Assembly (NCBI RefSeq): GCF_006345805.1
Contig: NC_043000.1
Location: 7,006,001 to 7,070,000 of the forward strand
DNA: 64,000 bases
Direction of reading: 5' to 3'
DNA from: Octopus sinensis
Taxonomy: Eukaryota
In this document: positions 37,945 through 49,570 of the stretch, one piece after another
How positions within the stretch are numbered: position 1 is the stretch's first letter
Layout: every line of letters begins with the position of its first letter
Notes under the pieces: generated by a model
What the model was told of the DNA's origin: nothing
Databases searched by the model: none
The model's input: the letters and a program-made list of their open reading frames with translations, nothing else
Made by a program: the position numbers and the translations under genes

Positions 37945-37980
37945 CTTCCTGTGGAAGAGCATAGGCTTGAAACATTAAAG
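37945..37980 (+). ncRNA. Degenerate hammerhead-like motif in a short repeat
   Basis: CUUU-CUGUGGA-A-GAGC-AUAG-GCUU-GAAA-C-AUU-AAAG. The host repeat 37885-38060 recurs inverted at about 47550-47725. Confidence 0.4.
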
Positions 37981-38681
37981 ACTTTTTCACTTCCTGAGCG
38001 TTATACTAATACATCTGTTTGTTGTCTACACCACCTGTCTTCATCTTTTGTCTTTTTGTGAATTCTCGTGGCCGTTGCCAGCCTCCCCTGGCACCTGTGC
38101 CAGTGGAACGTAAAAAGCACCCACTACACTCTCGGAGTGGTTGGCGTTAGGAAGGGCATCCAGCTGTAGAAACACTGCCAGATCAGACTGGAGCCTGGCG
38201 CAGCCTCCTGGCTTCCCAGACCCCGGTTGAATCGTCCAACCCATGCTAGCATGGAAAACGGACGTTAAACAATGATGATGATGATGACATATATATACAC
38301 ACACACCCAGAACCACACTAACAGCTTAGGAGTGAAATCAAGGTTTTCTTGGTTTTCTGTGAATTGATTTTGATAAAACTTTTCACAGCTGGTTTGCATA
38401 CTATGGCAACACCATTGTTATATTTTCACTATTCTGTGTAAATTCCTTTCTTTTTTATTTCAGATTCTTCAGTTTTTGGATGAACCATACTAATAGCTTT
38501 TGAATAAAAATAGCCCATCTAGACATTTTTTTCCAGAAAATGAAGGGTATTGATATATATTAAGCGTACATTGAGTATATATTTAACAGAAAACCATAAT
38601 ATTCTTTTATTGTTTTATGTGTTTCAACCAGGCGGGTGTCATCATGCTAGAGCACCATATATATATATATGTATATATATG

Positions 38682-41527
38682 TACCCCGCAACATAGACTA
38701 GTAGTTAGTGACTTTAGGATCAGGACTAAGAGGACAACCAGAAGACGACCAACATGGAGAAGAAGGATCTGGAAGCTTAAAGATCCTGCGAATGGACAGA
38801 GATTTAGGGACATGCTACTTGAAGCCTTTGACGAAGTAGAAGGGGATAGAGTATCACATGGGGTAGAAGGCAACTGGACGTTTCTAAGGGACAACCTGCT
38901 GAGAGCCACTGACCAGATCTGTGGCTGGTGCAAAGTCCCCTCTCGTCCCAAGGTAACGTGGTGGTGGAACAGTGTTGTAGACAGGGCTATTAGACAAAAG
39001 AGACAGGCTTGGAAGGACTGTAAGAATGGTGGTAGCAAGGAATTGTATCAGACTGCCAAAAGGGAAGCTAGGAGACAGGTCTATCTAGCCAGAGGGGAAG
39101 CAGATAAGAAAAAATTTGCCAATGTTCTGCGCCGTGAGGACCAAAGACTGGAGGTGTTTCGTGTTGCAAGACAGTGTGTGAGAGAGAATTGTGATGTGGT
39201 AGGAGAGAAGTGTGTTCGCATGGAAGATGGTTCACTTGCGCTAAATGAGGATGCAAAGAGAGAGGTTTGGAGACACCACTATGAAAGGTTGCTGAATGAA
39301 GAAAATGAATGGGATAAAGAGAGTCTGCCGAATGTTGACCCAACAGAGGGACCAGCTATCTGAGTTGACAGTTCTCTGGTAGTTAAGGCAATTAGAAGCA
39401 TGAAGACAGGGAAAGTCCCAGGCCTCCAGGAATCACTGCAGAGATGCTCAAAATATCTGGTAGTGTCAGCTATAGCCTAGTCACCCGTATAGTTAACCAG
39501 GTGATACACAAGGAGTCATACCCAATGACTGGTGTAGCAGCATAATAGTCAACTGCTACAAAGGTAAAGGTGACACCCTAGATACAAATAATTACAGAAG
39601 TATCAAGCTGTTGGATCAGGTAATGAAGGTTACAGAGAGGGTCATAGCCCAACTAATTAGAGAGAGAGTTAGTTTAAATGAGATGCAGTTTGGGTTCGTG
39701 CCAGGGAAAAGTACCACTGATGCTATATTCCTGGTAAGGCAGCTGCAGGAGAAATACCTAGCCAAAGATAAGCCCCTGTACCTGGCTTTTGTTGACATGG
39801 AGAAAGCCTTCGACAGGGTCCCCCGATCCCTTATCTGGTGGTCAATGAGGAAACTAAGGATAGATGAATGGTTAGTGAGAGCTGTGCAAGCCATGTACTG
39901 GCACGCTGCTAGTAAGGTGAGGGTTGGCAACGAGTACAGTGAAGAATTACGGGTAGAGGTAGGGGTCCACCAAGGTTCAGTCCTCAGTCCCCTCCTATTT
40001 ATCATAATCCTCCAAGCAATAACGGAGGAATTCAAGACAGGATGCCCCTGGGAGCTCCTCCATGCTGATGATCTTGCTCTAATTGCTGAGTCACTATCAG
40101 AACTGGAGGAGAAGTTTCAGGTGTGGAAGCAAGGATTAGAATCGAAGGGCCTTAGAGTCAATCTAGCTAAAACCAAGGTCCTAATAAGTAGGAAGGTAGA
40201 CAAATCACAAACGCCTTCAGGTAGATGGCCCTGCTCGATCTGTAGAAAAGGTGTAGGTAGAAACTCTATAAGATGCACCAAGTCTAAGCTATGGACACAT
40301 AAGAGGTGCAGCAATGTCAAAGGAAGGCTAACTAGGGAGATGGTTTTTGTATGTGGCAGATGCTCAGGAACAATAAACACTGAAAATGATCTGAGACCAA
40401 CTTCTGTCACTTTCCAAGGAGAAAAACTAGAAATAGTTGATAGCTTCCGTTACCTAGGTGACCAAGTCAGTAGCGGGGGTGGGTGTGCCGAAAGTGTAAC
40501 TGCTAGAGTAAGAATAGCTTGGGCAAAGTTCAGAGAGCTCTTACCTCTGCTGGTGACAAAAGGCCTCTCGCTCAGAGTAAAAGGCAGACTGTATGACGTG
40601 CGTGTACGAACAGCCATGTCACATGGCAGTGAAACATGGGCTGTGACTGCTGAGGATATGCGTAAGCTCGCAAGAAATGAAGCCAGTATGCTCCGATGGA
40701 TGTGTAATGTCAGTACTCATACTCGACAGAGTGTAAGTACTTTGAGAGAAAAGCTGGACCTAAGAAGCATCAGTTGTGGTGTGCAAGAGAGACGTTTGCG
40801 CTGGTATGGTCATGTGGATGAAGATAGTTGTGTGAATGGATGAAGATAGTTGTGTGAAAAAGTGCCACACCCTAGCGGTTGAGGGAACCTGTGGAAGAGG
40901 CAGACCCAGGAAAACCTGGGATGAGGTGGTGAAGCACGACCTTCGAACTTTAGGTCTCACTGAGGAAATGACTAGAGACCGAGACCTCTGGAAGTATGCT
41001 GTGCGTGAGAAGACCCGGCAGGACAAATGAGACCATAACCCATGGCCTTCTACATGGGATGTAGCCAGTCCACTTATGCATACCTTCCCTTCTTGGGACA
41101 CAAACTCTACTTGTGAAGACCTGTTGAGGCAAGTGAAAATCAGAATCAGAATGGAAATTGCAGCTGAGATACCAGTGCCGGTGGCACGTAAGAGAACCAT
41201 CCGAACATGGTTGTTGCCAGCGCCGTAAAAAGCACCATCTGTTCATGGCCATTGCCAGCCTCGCCCGGCCCCCGTGCCGGTGGCACATAAAAGGCACCAT
41301 CCGATCGTGGACGTTTGCCAGACTCGTCTGGCACCTGTGCCAGTGGCACGTAAAACGCACTCACTACACTCATGAAGTGGTTGGCGTTAGGAAGGGCATC
41401 CAGCTGTAGAAACATTGCCAGATCAGACTGGGCCTGGTGCAGCCTTCTGGCTTGCCAGACCCCAGTTGAACCGTCCAACCCATGCTAGCATGGAAAGCGG
41501 ACGCTAAACGATGATGATGATGATGAT
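38682..41527 (+). mobile_element. 5'-truncated RTE-clade LINE (end of APE, RT, PHD-like finger, 3' UTR, (GAT)n tail), inactive
   Basis: PQHRLVVSDF (APE end), QFGFVPGKSTTDAIF, YLAFVDMEKAFDRVPR, GVHQGSVLSPLLF, LLHADD, FRYLG and GRGRPRKTW. Disrupted by TGA at 39361-39363, frameshifts near 39420-39510 and a 22-bp duplication at 40815-40858. ORF ends at 41030. Confidence 0.95.
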
Positions 41528-42174
41528 ATATATATATATATATATATGAAATTATAATTTAGGATATGTAAGAGATACCACCATGCTGGAAATAGCAACC
41601 AAAACTTGACTCTAAAACCACATTAAATGGTCATACAGCTCCTGGTGCTGTATAATTTTAATGATAATTATTACCTTTGAAGGTTTTTATTCCCATGCTG
41701 GCCACTTGATAAGATCAATATTTAAATTAATGATCTTATCCCTGTTTTTATATATATAGTAAAGTTAGCTATTTATTTTTTTTCATTTATGATTATCTAA
41801 AGCTCATGTAGAGACTCCTATTTCAGGATCAATAACTTTGGCTGGAGTGTTATTAAAGTTAGGAGGTTATGGAGTTATGCGTTTTATAGTTTATAAAGTT
41901 TATCAAATGTATTTGAATATATTTACTATTTATCTACAAATAGCCTGTCACAGTAGTTTGATAAATATATATGTGGTTTGTGTGTCAGTGTGTGTGTGTG
42001 TGTACATATACATACATGCATGTATGTATACACACGTATGTATGTATCTATGAATGTATGTATGAATGAATGCATGCATACGTGTATGCATACGTGTATG
42101 CATCGGTTACATCATCTGCTAAACAGAAATACAAGTTATTGTAACTTCAAAGTTTCACTGGTTATGTATGCATA

Positions 42175-42576
42175 CTCTCTTTTACTTGTTTCAGTCATTT
42201 GACTGTGGCCATGCTGGAGCACCGCCTTTAGTCGAGCAAATCGACCCCGGAACATATTCTTTGTAAACCCAGTACTTATTCTATCGGTCTCTTTTGCTGA
42301 ACTGCTAAGTGACGGGGACGTGAACACACTAGCATCGGTTGTCAAGCAATGCTAGAGGGACAAACACAGACACACACACACATATATATATATATACACA
42401 CATATATATATATACACGACAGGCTTCTTTCAGTTTCCGTCTACCAAATCCACTCACAAGGCATTGGTCGGCCCGGGGCTATAGCAGAAGACACTTGCCC
42501 AAGATGCCACACAGTGTGACTGAACCCGGAGCTGTGGTTGGTTAGCAAGCTACTTACCACACAGCCACTCCTGCGC
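42175..42576 (-). mobile_element. SINE family A, full-length copy
   Basis: Near-identical to 37347-37755. Confidence 0.88.
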
Positions 42577-43364
42577 ATGAGGTAGAAAGATTGAAATTTA
42601 AACTTCACCTGAATTTCTTATGCGTACAAAAAGTAAGAGATAGATAGATAAATAGATAGAAGAGAGAGGGGGGAGGGAGAGAGGTAGACAGACAGAGATA
42701 CAAAGAGGGAGGGAAAGAACACATAAGAACACAAGAGAACAAGACTGAATGATATTGAGGAGAGAGAGAGAGTCACAGACATAAGAGGCCAATATCTACA
42801 CTAAAAAAAAAGGAACCCACATGTGTAAAGATGAGTCAAGTTGATGAAGACAAGGCCGCAGGAAGGAAGGAAAAGAGATACAAGATATATATGTGTGTGT
42901 GTGTATGCATTTGTATGTATATGTATATGTGTGTGTGTGTGTGTACATATATATAGAGAGAGCGGGGGGGGAGAGAGAGTAGGAGAGTGTGACAGAAAGA
43001 GCTGGTGAAGAAAGGCAATAACCAGGTTGTGTGAGGAAAAGGAAAGCAGATTAGAGCGGAAAATAGTGGGTGGATGGGTAGATGGGTGGGTTGAGGGGCG
43101 GTTTCTGCCATATTCTCCTTCCAAGACTGTGAAACTGCTTTAGTTTTTATCTTTTACTTGTTTCAGTCGTTGGACTATGACTATGGCCGGGGGGGGGGGG
43201 CACCACCTCGAGGGACATAGTTGAACAAATCAACCCGAGTGCTTTTTTCTTCTTGTTAAAATTTGATACTTATTCTATCAGTCTCTTTTGCCAAACTGGT
43301 AAGTTACAGGTATGTAAACAGACCAATACCAGTTGTCAAGCAGTTGGTGAGGGACAGACAGACA

Positions 43365-43745
43365 CTGCTAAAACCACTCTGCTCCTCTCCTTGTATACTC
43401 TGTCTGATTCCTCACCCTATCAACCAGTATTCTCCCATACAGTTTACCAACCACACACATCAGACTTATACCCCTAAAATTTCCATACCTACATTTATCC
43501 CAATTTCCCCTTGTATAGAAGCACTATACAGGCACTGCACCAGTCCTTCAGTACTCTTCCCACCATATAACAAACATTCATAAGCCTCACTCACCATTCA
43601 ATCATTGTCACTCCTCCATTCTTTAGGCATTCCACTGTACACCCATCTATACCTGGCGCCTTCCGGTTTGCCATCTTCCACAGGGATTCCCTCACTTCCA
43701 CTCTTCCAATATACCAATACTTATGATGTCTAGTTGTTACTTCAC
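43365..43745 (-). pseudogene. Old LINE RT N-terminal fragment of a third, divergent RTE-like family
   Basis: EVRESLWKMANRKAPGIDGCTVECLKNGG...WCSACIVLLYKG...FRGISLMCVVGKLYGRIL, with stops. Confidence 0.75.
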
Positions 43746-45605
43746 AACTAGTCGAAACAAACCTCAATATATGACTAGTTTTTTTATTGACCCTGGAAAA
43801 AGAAAAGGGCAGTGGGCTTGGGTAAGATTAGAACACAGAACACCGTTTTAAAGCAGTAAGGTGTGATGATTCAAGGAATCAAAATAACTTGCCATCATCA
43901 TTATCATCATCCTCATCATCATCATCAACATCATCTTTATGTTTATCATCAACATCATCGTCCCATTTTCCAAGGATGCATGAGTCAAATGAAATTTGTT
44001 GAGGTAGATTTATTTTTTATGGTTGGATGCTCTTCCAGTTGCCAACCTTCATCTGTTCCCACAAAGTAAGATTTCTCCTAATCCTTTGAACACAAACAGC
44101 ACAACGGCCAGACTGCTATTGTTGTCATATTGTCATCACATTGTCAGCATCATCTACATGCCTACACCTATAAAAATTACTAAATGTGACTCAAGATAAA
44201 TAGTCTTCATTTTCAGTATCTAATGTCTTTGATCTTAGTCTCCACCATGTAATAACTTTGCTTGCCATTGCGTTACTTAGCCTTGTCGGTAATGTTTTCA
44301 TGTGATTAGAGAAAAAGAGGGAGAGAGAAAAAGAGAAAGAGAGAAAAAGAGGGAGGAAGAAAAGAGGGAGAGAGAAGCGTCCATGATGTGAGGTAGAGAG
44401 AATGCAATTGTAACATTTTCACATGATTAGCTGAAGAGAAAGAGAGAGCGAAGGGCAGAAAGAAAAGGAGAAAAAGAGGATAAGGCAAAGAAACAGAAAG
44501 AAAGAGGAATAAAAAGAGGGAGAGAGAAGTGTCCATGATGTGAAGTGGGGAGGGGGGGCATAGTGTTTATTACATGGTTAAAAAAGTTAGTTGAAGGTAG
44601 TAGAGGAGAGTTAAAAATATAATTTTAGCAAAGGGGTGAAGTGCTGATGGTGAGGTTAAAGAAAGCACAGAGAGAGAGGGGAGAGGAGGGAGAGAGAGAG
44701 ATGGTGGTGGTTGTGGTGGTGGAGATGGAGGTAGTGATGGTGGTGGTGGTGGTGAGTGAATAGTGAAAAGTATATTCTTTTTGATTGAACTAAGTTTTTT
44801 TTATATATCACCTGTCACTTAATGCATGTGCATAAGTGCAATTCTGTGAAATATTCACGCTTATTTATGTGACAGATATATGCAATTTAACTAAAGGTTG
44901 CATCATATGTATGGGGTATTTTTTAGGGATTTTATGGGGGAAAATAGATAAGTTAGAGTGAATATTTATTTTATGAGTGCTGTGTATAAAGTCTATAAAA
45001 GTAGGCATAAAGTATATAAAGTGTATATATAAAGTGTATTAAGAAATCATCATATTCCAATTTCTTTCACTTTTCCATAAGTAGCAGACGAGCAACTATC
45101 TTTCCATACAGACAATTCACAGGTTACACTTTCAGGTTTTTTTGGGATAAAGTTTTCAAAAATAACCCAATAGTTTTACCATTAATTCCATGAAATATTC
45201 ACAGATCCCACTAGTTGTTCACTAATACATTATTATCCATATTTTAGCAAGTGAAGTTTGGCCTTTGAAAGCAAAGCCAACAGTGTAGCTATTCTAACAC
45301 TTTCTATTTACTTATACAGTGGTTGGTGAGAGGATACGAACTACTGAACTTTCAGTTGGTTGCCTTTTACCCTAATGACTCAATTCTGTTGCTGTTGTTG
45401 TTGTTGTTATTTAATCCAAAGTTAATTTCTATAAAGTAGGCCTATGATCAAACATGTTCTGTAAACAACCATCCTGTCTTTTCTTTCTTCTTTTGAGACA
45501 TAGTGTATGCTAGACTAATATTATCCAATGTCTTCCCTACATTAAGAGAACAGCATGTTAATTTGAGGGATATCTGTCTGCTATTTCTAGCACATCAAGT
45601 GACTA

Positions 45606-45822
45606 CAACGGGGTGCTGAAAAGTTCATGGCTTTGGGTAAGAGAAAACACAGGAGGATCAGTTAATTATGATTTTATTAAACATATTCTCCTCTCAGATT
45701 CACACACTTATTGCAGTGGTCCTTCAGTTTTTCTAAACCCTGTAGAAGAACTCAGAAGGTTGTGCCTCTAACCCGGCTTTTTGCAATACCTTTAAAGCCA
45801 GGAATTTTTCGACATCCTCTCA
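45606..45822. mobile_element. Mariner-type MITE
   Basis: TA|CAACGGGGTGCTGAAAAGTTCATGGCTTT ... AAAGCCAGGAATTTTTCGACATCCTCTCA|TA. A partial inverted copy lies at about 6066-6225. Confidence 0.75.
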
Positions 45823-46171
45823 TACATAATGGTTCTCTTGGCTCATGTTTCAATTATGCATTATATTAGTTTCAAATTTTTTTAGCACAAGGCCATCTAA
45901 TTTAGAGAGCAGGGGTTAATCAATTATGTCAACCCCAGTACTTTACTGGTACTTCATTTTATCAACCCCGAAAAGATGAAAAACATAGCTGACAGTGATG
46001 GGATTTGAACTTAGAATGTAAAGAGCTGGAAGAAATACTGCTGAGCCTAGTAATTCTTCTAGCTTGCTGCCCTTCAGTTATGCATTATAAAGTAAAAATT
46101 AAAGTATGTTAATAACTCTTAAGAAACAGTTATTATGTCATCACCAAAGACTGACTTTAGTTTCACATGAT

Positions 46172-46585
46172 AGGCGCAGGAGTGGCTGTGTGGTAAGTAG
46201 CTTGCTAACCAACCACATGGTTCCAGGTTCAGTCCCACTGCGTGGCATCTTGGGCAAGTGTCTTCTACTATAGCCCCGGGCCAACCAAAGCCTTGTGAGT
46301 GGATTTGGTAGACGGAAACTGAAAGAAGCCTGTCGTATATATGTATATATATATATATGCGTGAGTGTGTGTGTCTGTGTTTGTCCCCCTAGCATTGCTT
46401 GACAACTGATGCTGGTGTGTTTACGCCCCCGTCACTTAGCGGTTCGGCAAAAGAGACCAATAGAATAAGTACTGGGCTTACAAAGAATAAGTCCCGGGGT
46501 CGAGTTGCTCGACTAAAGGCGGTGCTCCAGCATGGCCGCAGTCAAATGACTGAAACAAGTAAAATAGTAAAAGAGAGTAAAAGAG
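46172..46585 (+). mobile_element. SINE family A, young full-length copy
   Basis: tRNA-like head, internal (TA)/(GT) tract and AAAAGAGT-type tail. Another plus-strand copy lies at 58563-58958. Confidence 0.88.
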
Positions 46586-46612
46586 TTGGAGACAAATCAC
46601 AAGGCATTATAC

Positions 46613-46662
<50 letters not shown>

Positions 46663-47353
46663 GCCAGGTTCATGAGAATGTCAGGATTACCAAAAATATG
46701 GAATATAAGGAATGAAATGGTTTGACATGCTTGAAACTTGTTAAGAAGTTTGCTTCCCAATCACGTGATTCTGGGTTCAGTCCCACTGCATGGCACCTTC
46801 GGCAAGTGTCTTCTGCTATAGCTTTGTGCTGACCAAAGCCTTGTGAGTGGATTTGGTAGACAGAAACTGAAAGAAGCCTGTTGTATCTATATGTGTGTGC
46901 GTGTGTGTGTGTCTGTGTTTGCCCCTTCTCCACCACTTGACAACTGGTGTTGGTGTGTTTACATCCCTGTAACTTAGCAAGTTGGCAATACAGGCTTTAC
47001 AAAAAAATAATAAATACTGAGGTCAATTCGGTTAACTAAATTTCTTCAAAATGGTGCCCCAGCATGGCCACAATCTAATGACCGAATAGAGTGAAAGATA
47101 AAAGATAACAGATAAATCAGGTGCAGTCATGACTCTATGGTAAGAAGCTTGCTTCCTGACCACATGGTTCTGGGTTCAGTCCCATTGTGTGGCATCTTGG
47201 GTAAGCATCTTCTGTTATAGCCTTTGTGAATGGATTTGGTAGTTGGAAACTGAAATAACCCTGTTTTATATATATATATGTGTCTTCTACCTGGCTGACT
47301 CCTGTCAAAACATCCAACCCATGCCAGCATGGAAGGCAGATGTTAAATGATGG

Positions 47354-47387
<34 letters not shown>

Positions 47388-47631
47388 ACATATATGTATA
47401 TACATACCCTATTGTGTACATGTGCGTGTATGTGTGTATATATGCACACACATACACACATATGAACATATATATATATAAAAATCCTTAAATCCTTAAA
47501 AATGTTTTAGCCCGAAGGGCGTGGCCATGCTGGGGCACCAATAGGGATAGTTTACGAAAAAAACAAAAGACAAAGACAGGTGGTGTACAAAACAAACAGA
47601 TGTATTAGTATAACTCTCAGGAATAGAAAGT

Positions 47632-47667
47632 CTTTTACGTTTCAAGCCTACGCTCTTCTACAGAAAG
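47632..47667 (-). ncRNA. Hammerhead-like motif (core variant)
   Basis: CUUU-CUGUAGA-A-GAGC-GUAG-GCUU-GAAA-C-GUA-AAAG. Stem I CUUU/AAAG, GUA triplet, A6 changed to U. Confidence 0.45.
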
Positions 47668-47726
47668 GGACACAGAAAACAAGGAGAGAAAAAAATGTGT
47701 GTAGTAGCTAACGATCTATCATGGTG

Positions 47727-47781
<55 letters not shown>

Positions 47782-47937
47782 CAGAACAAAATGTATGTAT
47801 GCCGCTATATATATATATAAAAAAATACAAAATGAGACAAGAACGCAAAACATCCAGAAAACGATACAAAAAACACAGATGGGTCATTCGAAGCCTTTAA
47901 TCTTCAGTCAAGAACCGGATCATCCTCACAATTTTGG

Positions 47938-47996
<59 letters not shown>

Positions 47997-48071
47997 AAAT
48001 GTGACCGCGTGTGTATTGTTGGCGATTTTTTTTCCTCCGTCTTCCCTTCTTTGGATCTTTCCTTTTCCTAT

Positions 48072-48106
48072 GTTTCTGACGAAGAGCTCCGCTCGAAATG
48101 TTAAAC
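48072..48106 (+). ncRNA. Minimal type I hammerhead-ribozyme-like motif (best copy)
   Basis: GUUU-CUGACGA-A-GAGC-UCC-GCUC-GAAA-U-GUU-AAAC. Intact CUGANGA and GAAA core, stem I GUUU/AAAC, stem II GAGC/GCUC, GUU triplet. Confidence 0.6.
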
Positions 48107-48195
48107 CCTCCTTCTTTCCTGAGCGTCCAATAATACTATACTTGTTCCACGTCCTCGTGTTGTTGTGTTTTCTCTTTGTGTTTTCATGTTTGGAT

Positions 48196-48272
<77 letters not shown>

Positions 48273-49181
48273 GTGTGTGTTGTGTTTGTGTGTGTGTGTA
48301 AGTGTGTTTATGTTTGTCTCCCTCCATCACTTGACAACTGCTGTTGGTTTGTTTATGTTCCTGTAACTAAGCAGTTTAGCAAAAAGGAGGCTGATACAGA
48401 ATAAATACAAGGCTTTAAAAAGTACAGGGGTTGATTTGTTTGACCAAACCTTTTGAGGTGGAACTCCAGCATGACCACAGTCCAATGGCTGAAACAAGTA
48501 AAAGAGATTACCTTGCCAGAAGCCTTCCACCATGATACAATGCCCACATCCTTGATGGCAAAGCAGCTCCTTAGAAAACACTGAGACAAACAATTAAACT
48601 AATTTTCACCAAAGTGGCAGGTCTGGCTTAAGTAGTTAGAGGTTATCTAAGAGGATGTTGTTATTTTAGAGTCTTAATCATACAAGAGTTTATCAGAATA
48701 TTTAGTATGACACAATAAACTTTAATTCAGTTGAATGTTGAAATTCTTTGTTTTCTGCTCTGGCAGAACATGAAATAATCCTTAAAGGTTCCAGGATTAA
48801 GTTTCACAGTAAAAAATTAAACCTGGTTACATTATTTGTTCTTAAATGCTTGCATATAACCACATTTGTTTAAATATGTGCCTGCAAATATGAACATGTT
48901 TATATGTGGATATGAATATGTGTATATATTAGCGACATATGGTGGTTGTTGTATTGAGTGTGCTGGCACACCCAGTACCACCAAATTTCAAGCAAGGGTT
49001 TAACAAAAGTTTTCCATTAAGATTTGTGGAGTGGCTGTGTGGTAACAAGCTTGCTTCACAACCATGTAGTTCCAGGTTCAGTTCTACTGTGTGGCACCTT
49101 GGGAAACTGTCTTCTACTATAGCTTTGGGCTGACCAAAGCCTTGTGAGTGGAATTGGCAGAGAGAAACTGAAAGAAGGCTG

Positions 49182-49223
<42 letters not shown>

Positions 49224-49570
49224 CTGAATACCCTTGGCATTAGTAAGGGCATCCAGAATTTGATTTCGATATATATATGTCACTGTAATGACTAGGCTAT
49301 CAGAAGTTAAAATGCCCTTTCTCATTTTGTTGTAGCTTATGGAAAATACCAGCCTGCTGGCTGGGTGAGCAGGCCAACATTCCTCCTGAACAGAATGCCA
49401 GTTTGTTGCAGGGTTACATATTTATAAGCTGAGTGGATTACAGCAATGTGAAATGAAATGTTTTGCTCAAGAACATAAGATACCACTGATCTTGATACTG
49501 AAACCACAACCTTGTAATTGTGAGTCCAGCACCCCAACCACTAGGTCACATGACTTCACACACATACATA

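Noticed and set aside
39611-40843. Active retrotransposon or host gene (410-aa ORF)
   Set aside because: The element is 5'-truncated, has an upstream stop and frameshifts, YADD is changed to HADD, and the C-terminus is disrupted.
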